From the IMG/VR virus record IMGVR_UViG_3300050343_000177, positions 16,432 to 80,431 of that record: a stretch of 64,000 bases of DNA. The stretch is one strand, 5' to 3'. Of the stretch, positions 21,423-31,420 are shown piece by piece. The position numbers and the translations under genes are program-made. This stretch comes from a virus. The notes under the pieces were generated by a model. It saw nothing but the letters and a program-made list of their open reading frames with translations. It was not told where the DNA came from and did no database searches. Within the stretch, counting starts at the first letter, position 1; every line of letters starts with the position of its first letter.

Positions 21423-23608
21423 TGGTACTGCTCCTCCTCACGCTTGTCGCGTTCTCCTCCAATAAGAGAGCTCAATCCTGCAACCCCTAAAGCTGCGGCT
21501 CCTCCGACTGCTCCATACCTCTGATACCTTGGTGCAGATCTGAAATTATTAGGAGCACGTTTAACAGAATTCATTATCTTATCTCTTATTCCTGGTGATC
21601 TAGGGCCTTGCGTTGCTCCATTATTAATAGGACGTGCTGGACCTTGAGAGGGGCCTGAAGTGCTTACCCCATACGGCAGCGCTTTCTGTGGGTTGGATGC
21701 ACGTTTTTGAATTTCTTGTGTAATACCATTACCAGTTCCTACTGGTTGTGACCAAGGATCTGGGCCTGGGTCGAACCCTGGGCCTGGGTCCATATTCCGT
21801 TGACGTTCGACTCTTTGTCCGAAGCCGTCTGGGTTAGTACCTTGTGCTTGTTCAAATCTTTGAATGACAGCGTTTGCAATCTGTCCGTTGACTGGACCGA
21901 AGCGTTCGTACACTGCATCTTCTGACATAGCACGAGTAGGGCCTGGTCCCATTACTGGAGCTCTTACAAATCCAGCACGAGGAATATCCTGGCCTGCAAC
22001 TCCACCAATCATTGGCATCCGAGCATCTGCGAGTTCAGCTGCATTCAGAGGAGTGTCATTACCAACTCTTCCCATCAATGCTTGGAGTTGACCACGTACT
22101 TCCTTACCTTTGATCTTCTCCCCTTTAAGTTGAGCAATTTGAACCATTCCGCCACCTAACGCAGGATGATTGCCTCCAAACTCAACTGATCGACCAGGCT
22201 GACCCATTCCTGCTTGATAGAAGTTCTTAGCGACTTGATTTGCTGGATTACGACGTGCTGCTTCTGCTGCGAACAGTCCACGGGCAACATCATTAATTTG
22301 GTTATCATTCATTCCCCCTTTACGTAGAACTTCACTAATTCCTGGGTTTTCTACGTATACATTTTTGCCATCTTGTAAATCGTAGAACTTTACTCCTTGC
22401 TGCCGTCCTAAAGCAGCAACTTGGTCTACTGCAGCTTGCAAATCATCTAAATTACGAATTCCGCCTTGGCCAAGGTTGATATTTTGTCCATTGAAGTTAA
22501 TACCTTCAATAGCAGCCTGTGCAGCACCTAATTGCTGACCAATTGCAACTTGTGGATAATCACCAAACGCATTACCTTGCTTATACCCGGGTGCGTGATC
22601 TGCAAGCCACTGTTCTTGCTTTTGTAGTGGTCCAACAAACCTATTGTCACTTGCAGGTGCGTTGTACTGGTCAGGCAGGTTCAAAGGCAGTGCATTTGGC
22701 ATTGCAGTGCCACGATCGACTGGATTATTAGATACTTGGAAGTCGTAACCGACTTTCGCGGGACCTAACTGTGCAATGTTGCCAATATTCTCCATTGCTT
22801 GGTCAGTAATTGCCCCACGACCACCTGCAACAAAATCTTGACCGATAACGTTAGCTGCAGCTTGTGCACGCCAGTTATTGGCTTCTACTTGTGCTGCGTT
22901 CTGCCTTAGTTGATCTTGTTGTACTAACTCACGCGCCAATGCTTGCTCTGCACCACGGCCACCGTATAAATCATCTTCAATCCGACCTGCTACATCAGCA
23001 GCACCTGGGAATGCATCGGCACCGTATTGATCGATCCCTTCCTGTAGTCTTGCAAGCTCACCTTGTAAAACTTGTTGTGCTGGGGCAAACTGATTAGGAA
23101 CTTGGATACCAAAGTCCTTATTCTTAGCAGCTTCTTGGAAATCAGCAGGAATAGGCACACCATCCGCTGCATAGAACTCATCTGTTACGAATGCACCTTT
23201 AGCTTTATCCCATCTGCTGCGTTTAATAACATTAGGGTCAACTTTACCCTCAGCTCCAGCCATTTCTTTCAGCTGCTGCTCCACATCTTTGATATTCCCT
23301 TGACCATCACGCCCACCGAAGTTTTGAAGTAGATCTTGGTTACCTTCTTCACCTTGTTGTACTTGATTATTTGAAACTGTGCGATATTGATCAATATCAC
23401 CTGGCATATCTTCATTTACGCCTTTAACTTTCTGTAATCTTTTTAATACGGCAGCTTGTGCTTCATCTGTTCCAATATCTCTGCCTAATTTACGTCCACC
23501 CTTACGCTGAGCGCCAATTACCATCTGAATGACTTGATCTTCGCTCATTCCAATGGCATTACCGATCGCTTTGATCTGAGCGCCTAACATAATATCTGAA
23601 TTTGCCAC
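21419..23608 (-). CDS. Large G/Q/A-rich putative internal virion protein
   Basis: 729 aa ORF with TACAATAG upstream. Confidence 0.6.
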   Translation of the reverse strand: MANSDIMLGAQIKAIGNAIGMSEDQVIQMVIGAQRKGGRKLGRDIGTDEAQAAVLKRLQKVKGVNEDMPGDIDQYRTVSNNQVQQGEEGNQDLLQNFGGRDGQGNIKDVEQQLKEMAGAEGKVDPNVIKRSRWDKAKGAFVTDEFYAADGVPIPADFQEAAKNKDFGIQVPNQFAPAQQVLQGELARLQEGIDQYGADAFPGAADVAGRIEDDLYGGRGAEQALARELVQQDQLRQNAAQVEANNWRAQAAANVIGQDFVAGGRGAITDQAMENIGNIAQLGPAKVGYDFQVSNNPVDRGTAMPNALPLNLPDQYNAPASDNRFVGPLQKQEQWLADHAPGYKQGNAFGDYPQVAIGQQLGAAQAAIEGINFNGQNINLGQGGIRNLDDLQAAVDQVAALGRQQGVKFYDLQDGKNVYVENPGISEVLRKGGMNDNQINDVARGLFAAEAARRNPANQVAKNFYQAGMGQPGRSVEFGGNHPALGGGMVQIAQLKGEKIKGKEVRGQLQALMGRVGNDTPLNAAELADARMPMIGGVAGQDIPRAGFVRAPVMGPGPTRAMSEDAVYERFGPVNGQIANAVIQRFEQAQGTNPDGFGQRVERQRNMDPGPGFDPGPDPWSQPVGTGNGITQEIQKRASNPQKALPYGVSTSGPSQGPARPINNGATQGPRSPGIRDKIMNSVKRAPNNFRSAPRYQRYGAVGGAAALGVAGLSSLIGGERDKREEEQYQ

Positions 23609-23657
23609 AATTGCTATATCAAACCTTCCACTATTGTAGAAAGTTTGAGATAGCTAC

Positions 23658-25196
23658 TTATTTCTTTTTAGTGTACTGATCTAAAATTCCACCTGGACGA
23701 AAATAGTCTTCTTCAGCACCTGGTTTACTGAAATCGTAGTTTTCAATAACATTGGCAGGCACAACCGGACCGACACCAGTCTGAGGCGCACCTTGATTAT
23801 TATTCAGTGCAAAATCAGTCTTTGCTCCTGCAGCAAATGCAGATTTCACAGCAGACCCTGCAGCAGATAAAGGATTCTGTGCGGATGCAGGAGTATCTTT
23901 GCTTACATCTTTATTTTTATCGATATGTGCGGCTAATAGTGACTGAGCACTGGATTTACCGCTGGATATATCGCGAGCATCGGCCCGATCAATCTTAAAT
24001 TTGTCTCCGAGCTTCCCATCTTCGGTCAATGCGCCACGACCATAGTGCTGACCGCCCGCATATACGACGTTATTTACCGCATCACGCGCTTTTAGTCCTG
24101 ACATACTGTCGTCACCGCTCATAAATGCAGCACGTGCCATCAATTGACGGCGTTCTGGCGTCATTTCCCTGTTTGCTTCCTGCGTTTTTACCCCTTCAAG
24201 CGCATCTGACAGTCTTCCGCTAGAAATTCCTGTGGATTGTTGGGCGATTCGCTCCGATCCGCCTTCAATTAGTGGAGCACCGGGGTTAAATGGCGCTTGA
24301 TCCTGCAGATTTGTAGAACGAATTGCAGATACTCCACCTTCTGCGTCGAAATTTACAGCAGCTCTACCACCGAAGTCGCCTTGACTTGTATCAAAGCCGG
24401 GTGTCTGTGCACCTGTTTGTGCATATGGGTTTGACATTGTGGATGCCAACTGGTTAGAGCTAAACGGCTGTACACCTAAGCCTTTGAGTAGGTCATCAAA
24501 CGTCCTATTCATATTGATTGGCGTACCGCCACCGCCGAGATTTTTACCCGTTTGTGTACCTCCGCCAGGAATTTCACGAGTTTCCTCTGCAGGAAGAATA
24601 GTTCTTTCAGATACTTGTCCTGTGTAGCCACCTGATGAATGATCATAATTACCTTTGGTCTGCTTAAGAGCTGCTGCTGTCTCCGCTTGCTGCTTTTTTA
24701 TCCTTGCGTCTATATCAGCAGTGTTGTTAAAAGTACTGCTTGAAGTATCCGAGCCGATAGGTCTCTCTTTATTAGCATTCTGACTAACTGCCTTTTGATA
24801 AGCCTCTGGACTTGAGTATCCAAGACGACTCCACTTTCTACTTGAGTCCTCACTCCCACCAAGGATTAGTGGTGCTGTTACTGCACCAGTTGTGGTCATA
24901 CTTCCTAGACCCAACAAGCTTCCAGCATTTTTTTGAGTTAGCTGTCCCGTAGGTTTAGCAGCATAAGGATTTGGTTTAGCAGGTTGAGAGCCTGGCATTG
25001 CCTTTATCTTGTCTTTGATAGTATCAAACACATTCCTTGATTGTCCTGAAAAATTACCCTTATTAGGTTTAGCGGAGTAAGGGTTTGGCTTACTGGAAGG
25101 CTTTTTTGGTTTTGAAATCACGTCATCATAATCAGCACCAAAAAGTACTTCGCCAACTTTTCCAATCGCGTTATCTAAAAACTGCTGTGCTGACAT
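23658..25196 (-). CDS. Large low-complexity late protein
   Basis: 512 aa ORF; KPNPYxAKP repeated. Confidence 0.6.
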   Translation of the reverse strand: MSAQQFLDNAIGKVGEVLFGADYDDVISKPKKPSSKPNPYSAKPNKGNFSGQSRNVFDTIKDKIKAMPGSQPAKPNPYAAKPTGQLTQKNAGSLLGLGSMTTTGAVTAPLILGGSEDSSRKWSRLGYSSPEAYQKAVSQNANKERPIGSDTSSSTFNNTADIDARIKKQQAETAAALKQTKGNYDHSSGGYTGQVSERTILPAEETREIPGGGTQTGKNLGGGGTPINMNRTFDDLLKGLGVQPFSSNQLASTMSNPYAQTGAQTPGFDTSQGDFGGRAAVNFDAEGGVSAIRSTNLQDQAPFNPGAPLIEGGSERIAQQSTGISSGRLSDALEGVKTQEANREMTPERRQLMARAAFMSGDDSMSGLKARDAVNNVVYAGGQHYGRGALTEDGKLGDKFKIDRADARDISSGKSSAQSLLAAHIDKNKDVSKDTPASAQNPLSAAGSAVKSAFAAGAKTDFALNNNQGAPQTGVGPVVPANVIENYDFSKPGAEEDYFRPGGILDQYTKKK

Positions 25197-25227
25197 CTTA
25201 CTTGTTCAATATATTCTCTTATTCTAC

Positions 25228-25346
25228 AAACTACAAAACTACGCTAGCTACGCTCCTATCTAACCCTTTCTAAAAAAATGATAGTAGGGGGAGATGACCG
25301 TGCATTAATAAACAGGTATATAGAAAACTACCGTAGTTACCGTAGC
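25228..25346. repeat. CTAC/GTAG iteron-like element, copy 1
   Basis: AAACTACAAAACTACGCTAGCTACGCT (25228-25254) is identical to 38679-38705; followed by CTAACCCTTTCT and inverted CGTAG units. Confidence 0.8.
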
Positions 25347-25541
25347 AAAAGCGTTTGACTCTAAACCTCAGTCAATAAGCAGGCTAGACCTTCCCCAATT
25401 TATAAAGTAACACAGCCTCCAAAGCTAGTGATTATTAAGACAATCTGCACACTACATTATTATGTATGCACATTAATTTCAAGCAACCACATATTTGTTT
25501 TTTAAGTTCGCTAATATTAAAGTGTTGAAGGCATAATTGAT

Positions 25542-26168
25542 ATGAACTATGAAAACTTAAAATACACGGAATTAGCTACAGAGTTCAAAAAGATTCACAG
25601 AAAGAAGATATCACCTGAAGCATTGATGTATCGCGTCAAGACGAAAGGATTATCAAAGACTGAAGCTGTTAATCTTCCTTTAGACACACGTGGGAAATCA
25701 AGCAAGACTAAGCAGCTTCGGGTCGGTCGTCGTCCTCGTAAAGAACGCTGTTCTGGTCTGACTTATTGCTATCTACATATTGATGTTGCGGGTACGGGTG
25801 CTCCTCCTGTTGTCCGCTATGTAGGCAGAGGTGAAGGGGGACGATGTTTGCATTTTAAGGATCGTGAAAAGCTGCATGCTGACTGGATTCATTCATGGTT
25901 TACTGATATTGATTACGGTGCGATTGAGATGGGTGTAGCGCCATCAAAACTTAGAGATCTTAGTTGGATTGATTGTTCAGTTCGTCAAAAGCTTATTGTG
26001 ACTTCAAGTCCTTTTGAAAATGCTAAACGTGAGGAGCCGAGGCTTATTAATCGCTATAATACCAAGGATCATGATCTATTTAATCTAATTCTTCATGCAA
26101 CTGATAGACGTAGTATTAGTAAAGAGTTTCAGCCACGACCATTACGTAAAAAGCAGATCGCCGCATAG
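25542..26168 (+). CDS. GIY-YIG-type endonuclease with N-terminal HTH-like segment
   Basis: YCYLH...RYVGRGEGGR...EEPRLINRY...LFN. Confidence 0.6.
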   Translation: MNYENLKYTELATEFKKIHRKKISPEALMYRVKTKGLSKTEAVNLPLDTRGKSSKTKQLRVGRRPRKERCSGLTYCYLHIDVAGTGAPPVVRYVGRGEGGRCLHFKDREKLHADWIHSWFTDIDYGAIEMGVAPSKLRDLSWIDCSVRQKLIVTSSPFENAKREEPRLINRYNTKDHDLFNLILHATDRRSISKEFQPRPLRKKQIAA

Positions 26169-26339
26169 AGTGCTAAAAAGTTGAAATAAAAAATTATGCT
26201 ATATAACGGACCCCCCTGCTTGTTGACTTTTGCTGTGACAAAAACGCCCTATAGGAGGTCAAAAATGCTAAATTTTTCGTTTTTGGTTTAATACCCTCTG
26301 TACCTCGATTGGCGGTCAAACAAAAAAAATAAGTAGTAG

Positions 26340-26710
26340 TTAACAGTTGCTTACACATAAGTAAGTAACACGAGTTAACAATTACATTTACATTTGTTTG
26401 TCCTTTGTCATCGAGCTGAAGTGTATTTAACAATCGTTGTTCGTTCGTTACACGAACTCACGTTTGTTCTTCTGTTCACACGAGTTTACGTCAGTTACAT
26501 TATCACTTATGTTATTCGATACGAATCCTTATCGTGTGTAACTTCCGTTCGTAACTCGTATTCACTTCTGTTGACACAAGTTACCTCCCTTATCTATCTA
26601 CCGTTCAAGACACATGTCGTGACGGTTGTGATACATATATTGCACCGTGACTCACCTCGGAGTTTTCCACAGTTATGCTTAAGTTTTCCACAAGCTTGTG
26701 GAGAACTCCT
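26340..26710. promoter_or_regulatory. Non-coding strand-switch region with ACACGAGTT-like repeats and three DnaA-box-like 9-mers
   Basis: ACACGA-core units at 26368, 26450, 26478, 26532 (inverted), 26574 (variant); TTTTCCACA at 26663 and 26684, inverted TGTGGAGAA at 26697. Confidence 0.55.
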
Positions 26711-27331
26711 TGGTTCGTAGTCACTTTACTTGTGTCATTACAGAGGTATTTACCCTAGTTCCTTTTACACGTTCCACTAATGTTCGCCACTTCGTGGCTC
26801 ACGGCTGCGCGGTGTTGATTGTTATGCAGCAGTGAGTATCTCTTGATTCTCTCTGGTGTTATCTCTGCCTACCCAGTGGCCTCCCAACAGCCAGCAGCCT
26901 TGGGGCTCAGCCGCCCCTTTATTCGAGAGTGTTCTTTATTTGAATTAATGAGATGTTTACTTTAGTAGATCTTTCTACAATGACTGAATTTGAAACCTTT
27001 CCATCATATTACTTAGCTAATCGCAAGTTAACTATGTTAGTAAGAAAACACAGTTTCTAGAAGTCGTTACCTCATATGGCATGAGTGACAATTATTCCCC
27101 CTCACGGGGGTTTATTTCTCTGTGCTCTATACATTAATTCTTATGTTATTCGGTGCTGTACTTTTCTCCTTGAGTTATCTCACAGGTCGCTCTCTCGCTG
27201 AGCGTAAGTATATCCGTACTCTTACACAGAAGGGAAGTTACCAAACACCTGGTGCTTTCCTTTCGTTACTTAAGTAACATCTATGGCCCCTAACGGGGCC
27301 TGTATTTCATTGTGTTCTTTATATCTGTTCT

Positions 27332-27481
27332 GTGTTTCGTTGTCGTTCTGTCTTTGCTGAATCCCCTTTGGGTTCTCCTGGCGTTTGTGCTTCCCGCGTT
27401 GCTATGCCTTTGCTGCCTGTGGTCTTTGCCTTCTGGTGGCTTCGGCTTGCTCCGCGTGGTTGCGCTGTCTTTGTTGTCTGA
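27332..27481 (+). CDS. 49-aa adenine-poor cassette ORF
   Basis: GTG..TGA ORF exactly filling the space between two repeat copies. Confidence 0.4.
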   Translation: MFRCRSVFAESPLGSPGVCASRVAMPLLPVVFAFWWLRLAPRGCAVFVV

Positions 27482-27539
27482 TCCCTCTCCCCCGCAAAGC
27501 GGGGGTTTATTTCATTGTGTTCTTTATCTGATTTCTCAG

Positions 27540-27951
27540 ATGGGTATTGACTTCCGCGCTTGTCTCTATGTTGCGAATCCTTCTCAGGACGAGCCAACCG
27601 TTATCCCACTTGCCTATCTAGGCAACGGCGATATCAAGCGTGCCATGTACGACCTGCTCACCAAAGATGAGGACGGTTTCCCCCACTCCCGGTGGATCTA
27701 TTCCAATCGATGAGGGCACTCCTGCATTCGAAGCACTCGATAGTCTACTTTTCGATGTAGACGTTGATCTTGAAATCCTTAAGAATCGGCTTGAGGATGC
27801 TGAAAGTGACCGTGATGATGATAAGTGGCACCGAATCTACCAAGATTTTAGGGGCACCAAAGATCATTACGACGTGTTGAACGACACTGTCAATGCCATC
27901 AAAGCTTCTTCCGGTAATCCTTCCATTACCTGTGAAATTGGTTGGTGGTAA
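27540..27951 (+). CDS. Early cassette protein (frameshifted)
   Basis: MGIDFRACLY... joins ...IPIDEGTPAFEALD...EIGWW*. Confidence 0.6.
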
Positions 27952-28007
27952 CACTTATGGCCCCTAACGGGGCCTTTATTTCATTGTGATCTTTATTTAT
28001 TAATCAA

Positions 28008-28157
28008 ATGGCTTATTTCTGGTATGCAATCATTGATACTGACATCACTGAGTATTCCCATGTTTTAGCTGGACCGATGCCTGCCCTTTATTGGGCTGTG
28101 ACTCGTGGTCCTGCTGCAATGCCCTATATTTCCTTTGATGATGATGATGATGAGTAA
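28008..28157 (+). CDS. 49-aa early cassette protein with acidic tail
   Basis: MAYFWYAIIDTD...ISFDDDDDE* between repeat copies. Confidence 0.6.
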   Translation: MAYFWYAIIDTDITEYSHVLAGPMPALYWAVTRGPAAMPYISFDDDDDE

Positions 28158-28213
28158 CAACTATGGCCCCTAACGGGGCCTTTATTTCATTGTGTTCTTT
28201 ACTTCAATTACAC

Positions 28214-28360
28214 ATGAAGTCACGTACTAATTCTGACCTCAAAGTTATTACACTTCGTCAGACGATCAAGGCTTCCCTCAAGAATGCAGCTTCAGTTGCT
28301 TTCTTTGACCCAGCTGCAGATCCTCGTCACGTAGCAGCCCTGCTTGCTAACGCTAGTTAA
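28214..28360 (+). CDS. 48-aa early cassette protein
   Basis: MKSRTNSDLK... between repeat copies. Confidence 0.6.
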   Translation: MKSRTNSDLKVITLRQTIKASLKNAASVAFFDPAADPRHVAALLANAS

Positions 28361-28417
28361 TAACTATTCCCCCCCTCCGGGGGGTTTATTTCACTGTGAT
28401 CTATATCTATCAAGCAG

Positions 28418-28645
28418 ATGATTAAGCCCTTTAGTGCTATCTTCTTTGGTGCTACTCTCGGTTTCATGTCACTTATTCCTTTACAAGCTCTGACTAACAG
28501 TCACGCTAAGGCTAAGTGTTCCGATAACGCTGATACTCACACTCTTGTATCTGTACGCGCCTTCGCAGGCGATGCAGATTACTGTGTGGCTAACAAGTAT
28601 CTCACTCCTGATCGTATTGCTACTCACTACGGTCCTGGTTACTAA
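28418..28645 (+). CDS. Early cassette protein with N-terminal hydrophobic/signal segment
   Basis: 75 aa between repeat copies. Confidence 0.65.
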   Translation: MIKPFSAIFFGATLGFMSLIPLQALTNSHAKAKCSDNADTHTLVSVRAFAGDADYCVANKYLTPDRIATHYGPGY

Positions 28646-28700
28646 CATCTATTCCCTCCTCACGAGGGTTTTTTCCTTTGTGTTCTTTACTTCATCAACG

Positions 28701-28926
28701 ATGCAAGTACAACACAACTCTCACGAAGAAGTGCCGCTTCGGTATCTCTGAGTGGACATTCGGTCAATTATCTTCTGGTTGGCTAGCTGCAATTGGTCCT
28801 CGTGGTAAGAAGATCTTCTTCGCCAACCTTGAGCAGATGGATGCTTGTACATCTAAGTTCATCAATGACTATCACTATAAGAAGCAATCAACTGAACTGG
28901 TTCAACAGTTAAGTCTTGCTATCTAA
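28701..28926 (+). CDS. Early cassette protein (frameshift near start)
   Basis: ATG at 28701 then KYNTTLTKKCRFG... frame. Confidence 0.55.
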
Positions 28927-28983
28927 CAGCCCTATGGCCCCTAACGGGCCTTTATTTCATTGTGTTCTTTATCTGTTCATCAG

Positions 28984-29154
28984 ATGACACTTCAACAATC
29001 TATCCTCACTGGTGCATGTGTTGGAGCTATTGCTTCCATCCTTCTGTTTTTTACAGTTGATGCCTATCACACATTCATCATGTGGCAATTTACTCACCTC
29101 TGGTATCTGCTCCCATGTGCATTCATTGGTGCTCGCAGTTGCTTATGTAACTGA
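28984..29154 (+). CDS. Small membrane early cassette protein
   Basis: Two hydrophobic segments. Confidence 0.55.
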   Translation: MTLQQSILTGACVGAIASILLFFTVDAYHTFIMWQFTHLWYLLPCAFIGARSCLCN

Positions 29155-29231
29155 CTAACAGACTATGCCCCCTACCGGGGGCTTTAGGTCGGTGTGCCCT
29201 ATTCAGGGTTGTTCATTTACTTGTGTATTTC

Positions 29232-29504
29232 ATGCGTTTCAAAATCCCTGGTCAAGACGTCTCTGTCCGTCTATTCGAGCGTGTATCAACTACTGACTCT
29301 CAGTACGACATCTTTGATGTTGGTCTTGAGCAAGCTGACGGTTCTATCGACTCTATGGTCGTTGGTGGTTCTTTCTCTTACGCTAAGTCTCTTGTCAAAG
29401 CTATGGACAAGAAGGCTGAAGAGAAGAAGACTCCTGTCCCTGTCACTGTCCTCAATACTGATACATCTCCTGAACCTGTATCAGCTGAACCTGCAGCTGC
29501 CTAA
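29232..29504 (+). CDS. Early cassette protein
   Basis: MRFKIPGQDV... between repeat copies. Confidence 0.65.
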   Translation: MRFKIPGQDVSVRLFERVSTTDSQYDIFDVGLEQADGSIDSMVVGGSFSYAKSLVKAMDKKAEEKKTPVPVTVLNTDTSPEPVSAEPAAA

Positions 29505-29534
29505 TACTCTCTCCCCCCTCACGGGGGGGGTTTT

Positions 29535-29895
29535 TTACTGTGGATTATTGCCCATGACTGGTGTTTGTGATGCCAAATCGTACAAAGCACCAATACCGGA
29601 ACTCACTCCTATTAAACCTGCGGCTGGTACGCCGTACCTGACTCCAGCATTAACTGCTGGTACTCCATAATCCCATTAAGGCTCGGAGTATGTCATTCTC
29701 CTCCTCTACCGCAAACTTCCGTGTTGCTGGTGCCCCAGCTACTAAGCCTGCTGCTGCTTGGACACCTTGTCCCATGCTTGCTTGCTTTGGCTTAAACCCA
29801 CTGATGTATTCAGCTAATTTACTAGCGTATGCATCATCGAAGTTTCTTACCTTCTGTCCTGCCATTCGCAGGCTATCCATAATTTGCTTACGCAT
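29535..29895 (-). CDS. Late-type Gly/Ala-rich protein, antisense within the early array (frameshifted)
   Basis: MRKQIMDSLRMAGQ... continues YGVPAVNAGVRYGVPAAG...GNNPQ*; TACAATA upstream. Confidence 0.6.
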
Positions 29896-29990
29896 TACTT
29901 ACATAACTAGTAGTATATTTATTGTACTAAGAATAACAATTCCCCTCTATCGAGGGGTTTGAATCATTGTGTTCATCATTTATATCTTCA

Positions 29991-30362
29991 ATGACTACAT
30001 CAACTCCTGAAACCACCTCTACTGAAACTCTTGAGTACCTGGCTAAGGTTCAACAAGTGAAGGACCTCCAGACTGCTCGCTGTCGTGGATGGGCTTACTT
30101 CCTTGGTGCTTACTTCACTGGTCCTATTTGGCCTGGTGTAGTTGCTAACCGTACTGGCGAATGGACACCCTTCTGGGTTGGACTTGGCCTCGGTGTTGTC
30201 TCCTTACCTTTCGCATTCCTTGACTTAGGTATCATTAGTTCTTTACCAGCCGCTGGCGTTGGTACAGCAATGATGGCTTCCAAGTCTAAGGATAAGCGTC
30301 GGTTACTCAACATCGTTAGTCCTGAACAGGCTGACGTAAAGCTCTTCAGTTCCGGTTTCTGA
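29991..30362 (+). CDS. Membrane early cassette protein
   Basis: Hydrophobic helices, between repeat copies. Confidence 0.65.
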   Translation: MTTSTPETTSTETLEYLAKVQQVKDLQTARCRGWAYFLGAYFTGPIWPGVVANRTGEWTPFWVGLGLGVVSLPFAFLDLGIISSLPAAGVGTAMMASKSKDKRRLLNIVSPEQADVKLFSSGF

Positions 30363-30897
30363 TCCCTCTATTCCCCCCTTATCAGGGGGTATTTCCCTTT
30401 GTGCCTTTCTTAAGTGCACAATGCCTTACTACTCCACTCGTAATATCGCCATTGTTGATCATGAGATCAATGTGGATGATATGACTCCCATGCACTATGA
30501 GTACGAATCCTATGAGGCTCGTGATCGTGGTGACTTCGATGAACTCTTAGAGCTTCTTGGCTTCTAAGTACCCTCCCCTGTCCTACCGGATGGGGGTTAT
30601 TCGTCGTGCGATTCGCGTAGGTCTTAAAAGGCCGCCCGCAAAAATCGCGTAAATAGTTAATATCTAAATAAGGGCCTATATATAAAGAAGCCGTGCATAC
30701 TTTATCCCTAAACATACTAATAGCTCTGTCTATCGTCTTACCTCTACCTACACAAGCTACTCCTCGTTATGACGAGCTGATGTGTGAAGAGGTAGCTGAA
30801 GCTGTTAATGAGAGTGTTCTCTGGGGCACTCTTACACAAGCAGAAGCTGACGATATATCAGATCAGCTGCTATGAACTCTATCACCTAATTACATCC

Positions 30898-31420
30898 ATG
30901 AAACTATTCCGCAATCTATGGCTGCTGCCGCTAGTGGCCGCTGTTTCTATGTCCACTCCCTGCACTCGCTAAAGTCGATGCTGGTACTGTCAATCTTCTA
31001 GAAACTCTAGATGATTACGGTATAACTGTTGAATACAATCTGCTCACTGGTTCTAGCGACGGTTATGCAAGGTAGGTATACCACTAAGACAAGTTGATGT
31101 CTATCTGTTATAAAGGTCAACCTGATGCATTCGAAACGCATGACACTGTTCGCCATGAAACGATGCATGTGCTTACAACATTGTGCAGCTCTACGTCGTG
31201 GTGATCCACGTGGTATCGTTCCACTAGCTATCAATCCTACTGAACGTCAATCAGTGGGTATCACAAGTTCTTGCGATCTGGTCATATTAATCGAGATCAA
31301 AGAGTAACTTTATCCTGCTCGAAAGCTCATCAGATTGAACTAGAAGCATTTGCAGGCGCAGCTCACTATTCAGCTGATGAATTAGCTAGCTTAGTCAAAT
31401 CTTGGTGTACCAAAGTAATA
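30898..31420 (+). CDS. Putative secreted HExxH zinc metallopeptidase (multiply frameshifted)
   Basis: Signal-like N-terminus; DTVRHETMH at 31142-31168; downstream IELEAF. Confidence 0.5.

Noticed and set aside
21419-25196. Virion RNA polymerase among the large late ORFs
   Set aside because: Too small and low-complexity; no T7-type or NADFDGD-type polymerase motifs recognised.
26194-26720. ORFs 26194..26433 and 26394..26720
   Set aside because: Non-ATG starts, composition driven by T-rich repeats; region reads as non-coding.
27324-27480. Diversity-generating retroelement variable region
   Set aside because: No template repeat or reverse transcriptase seen, and DGR mutagenesis would not be expected to leave a nearly A-free tract.
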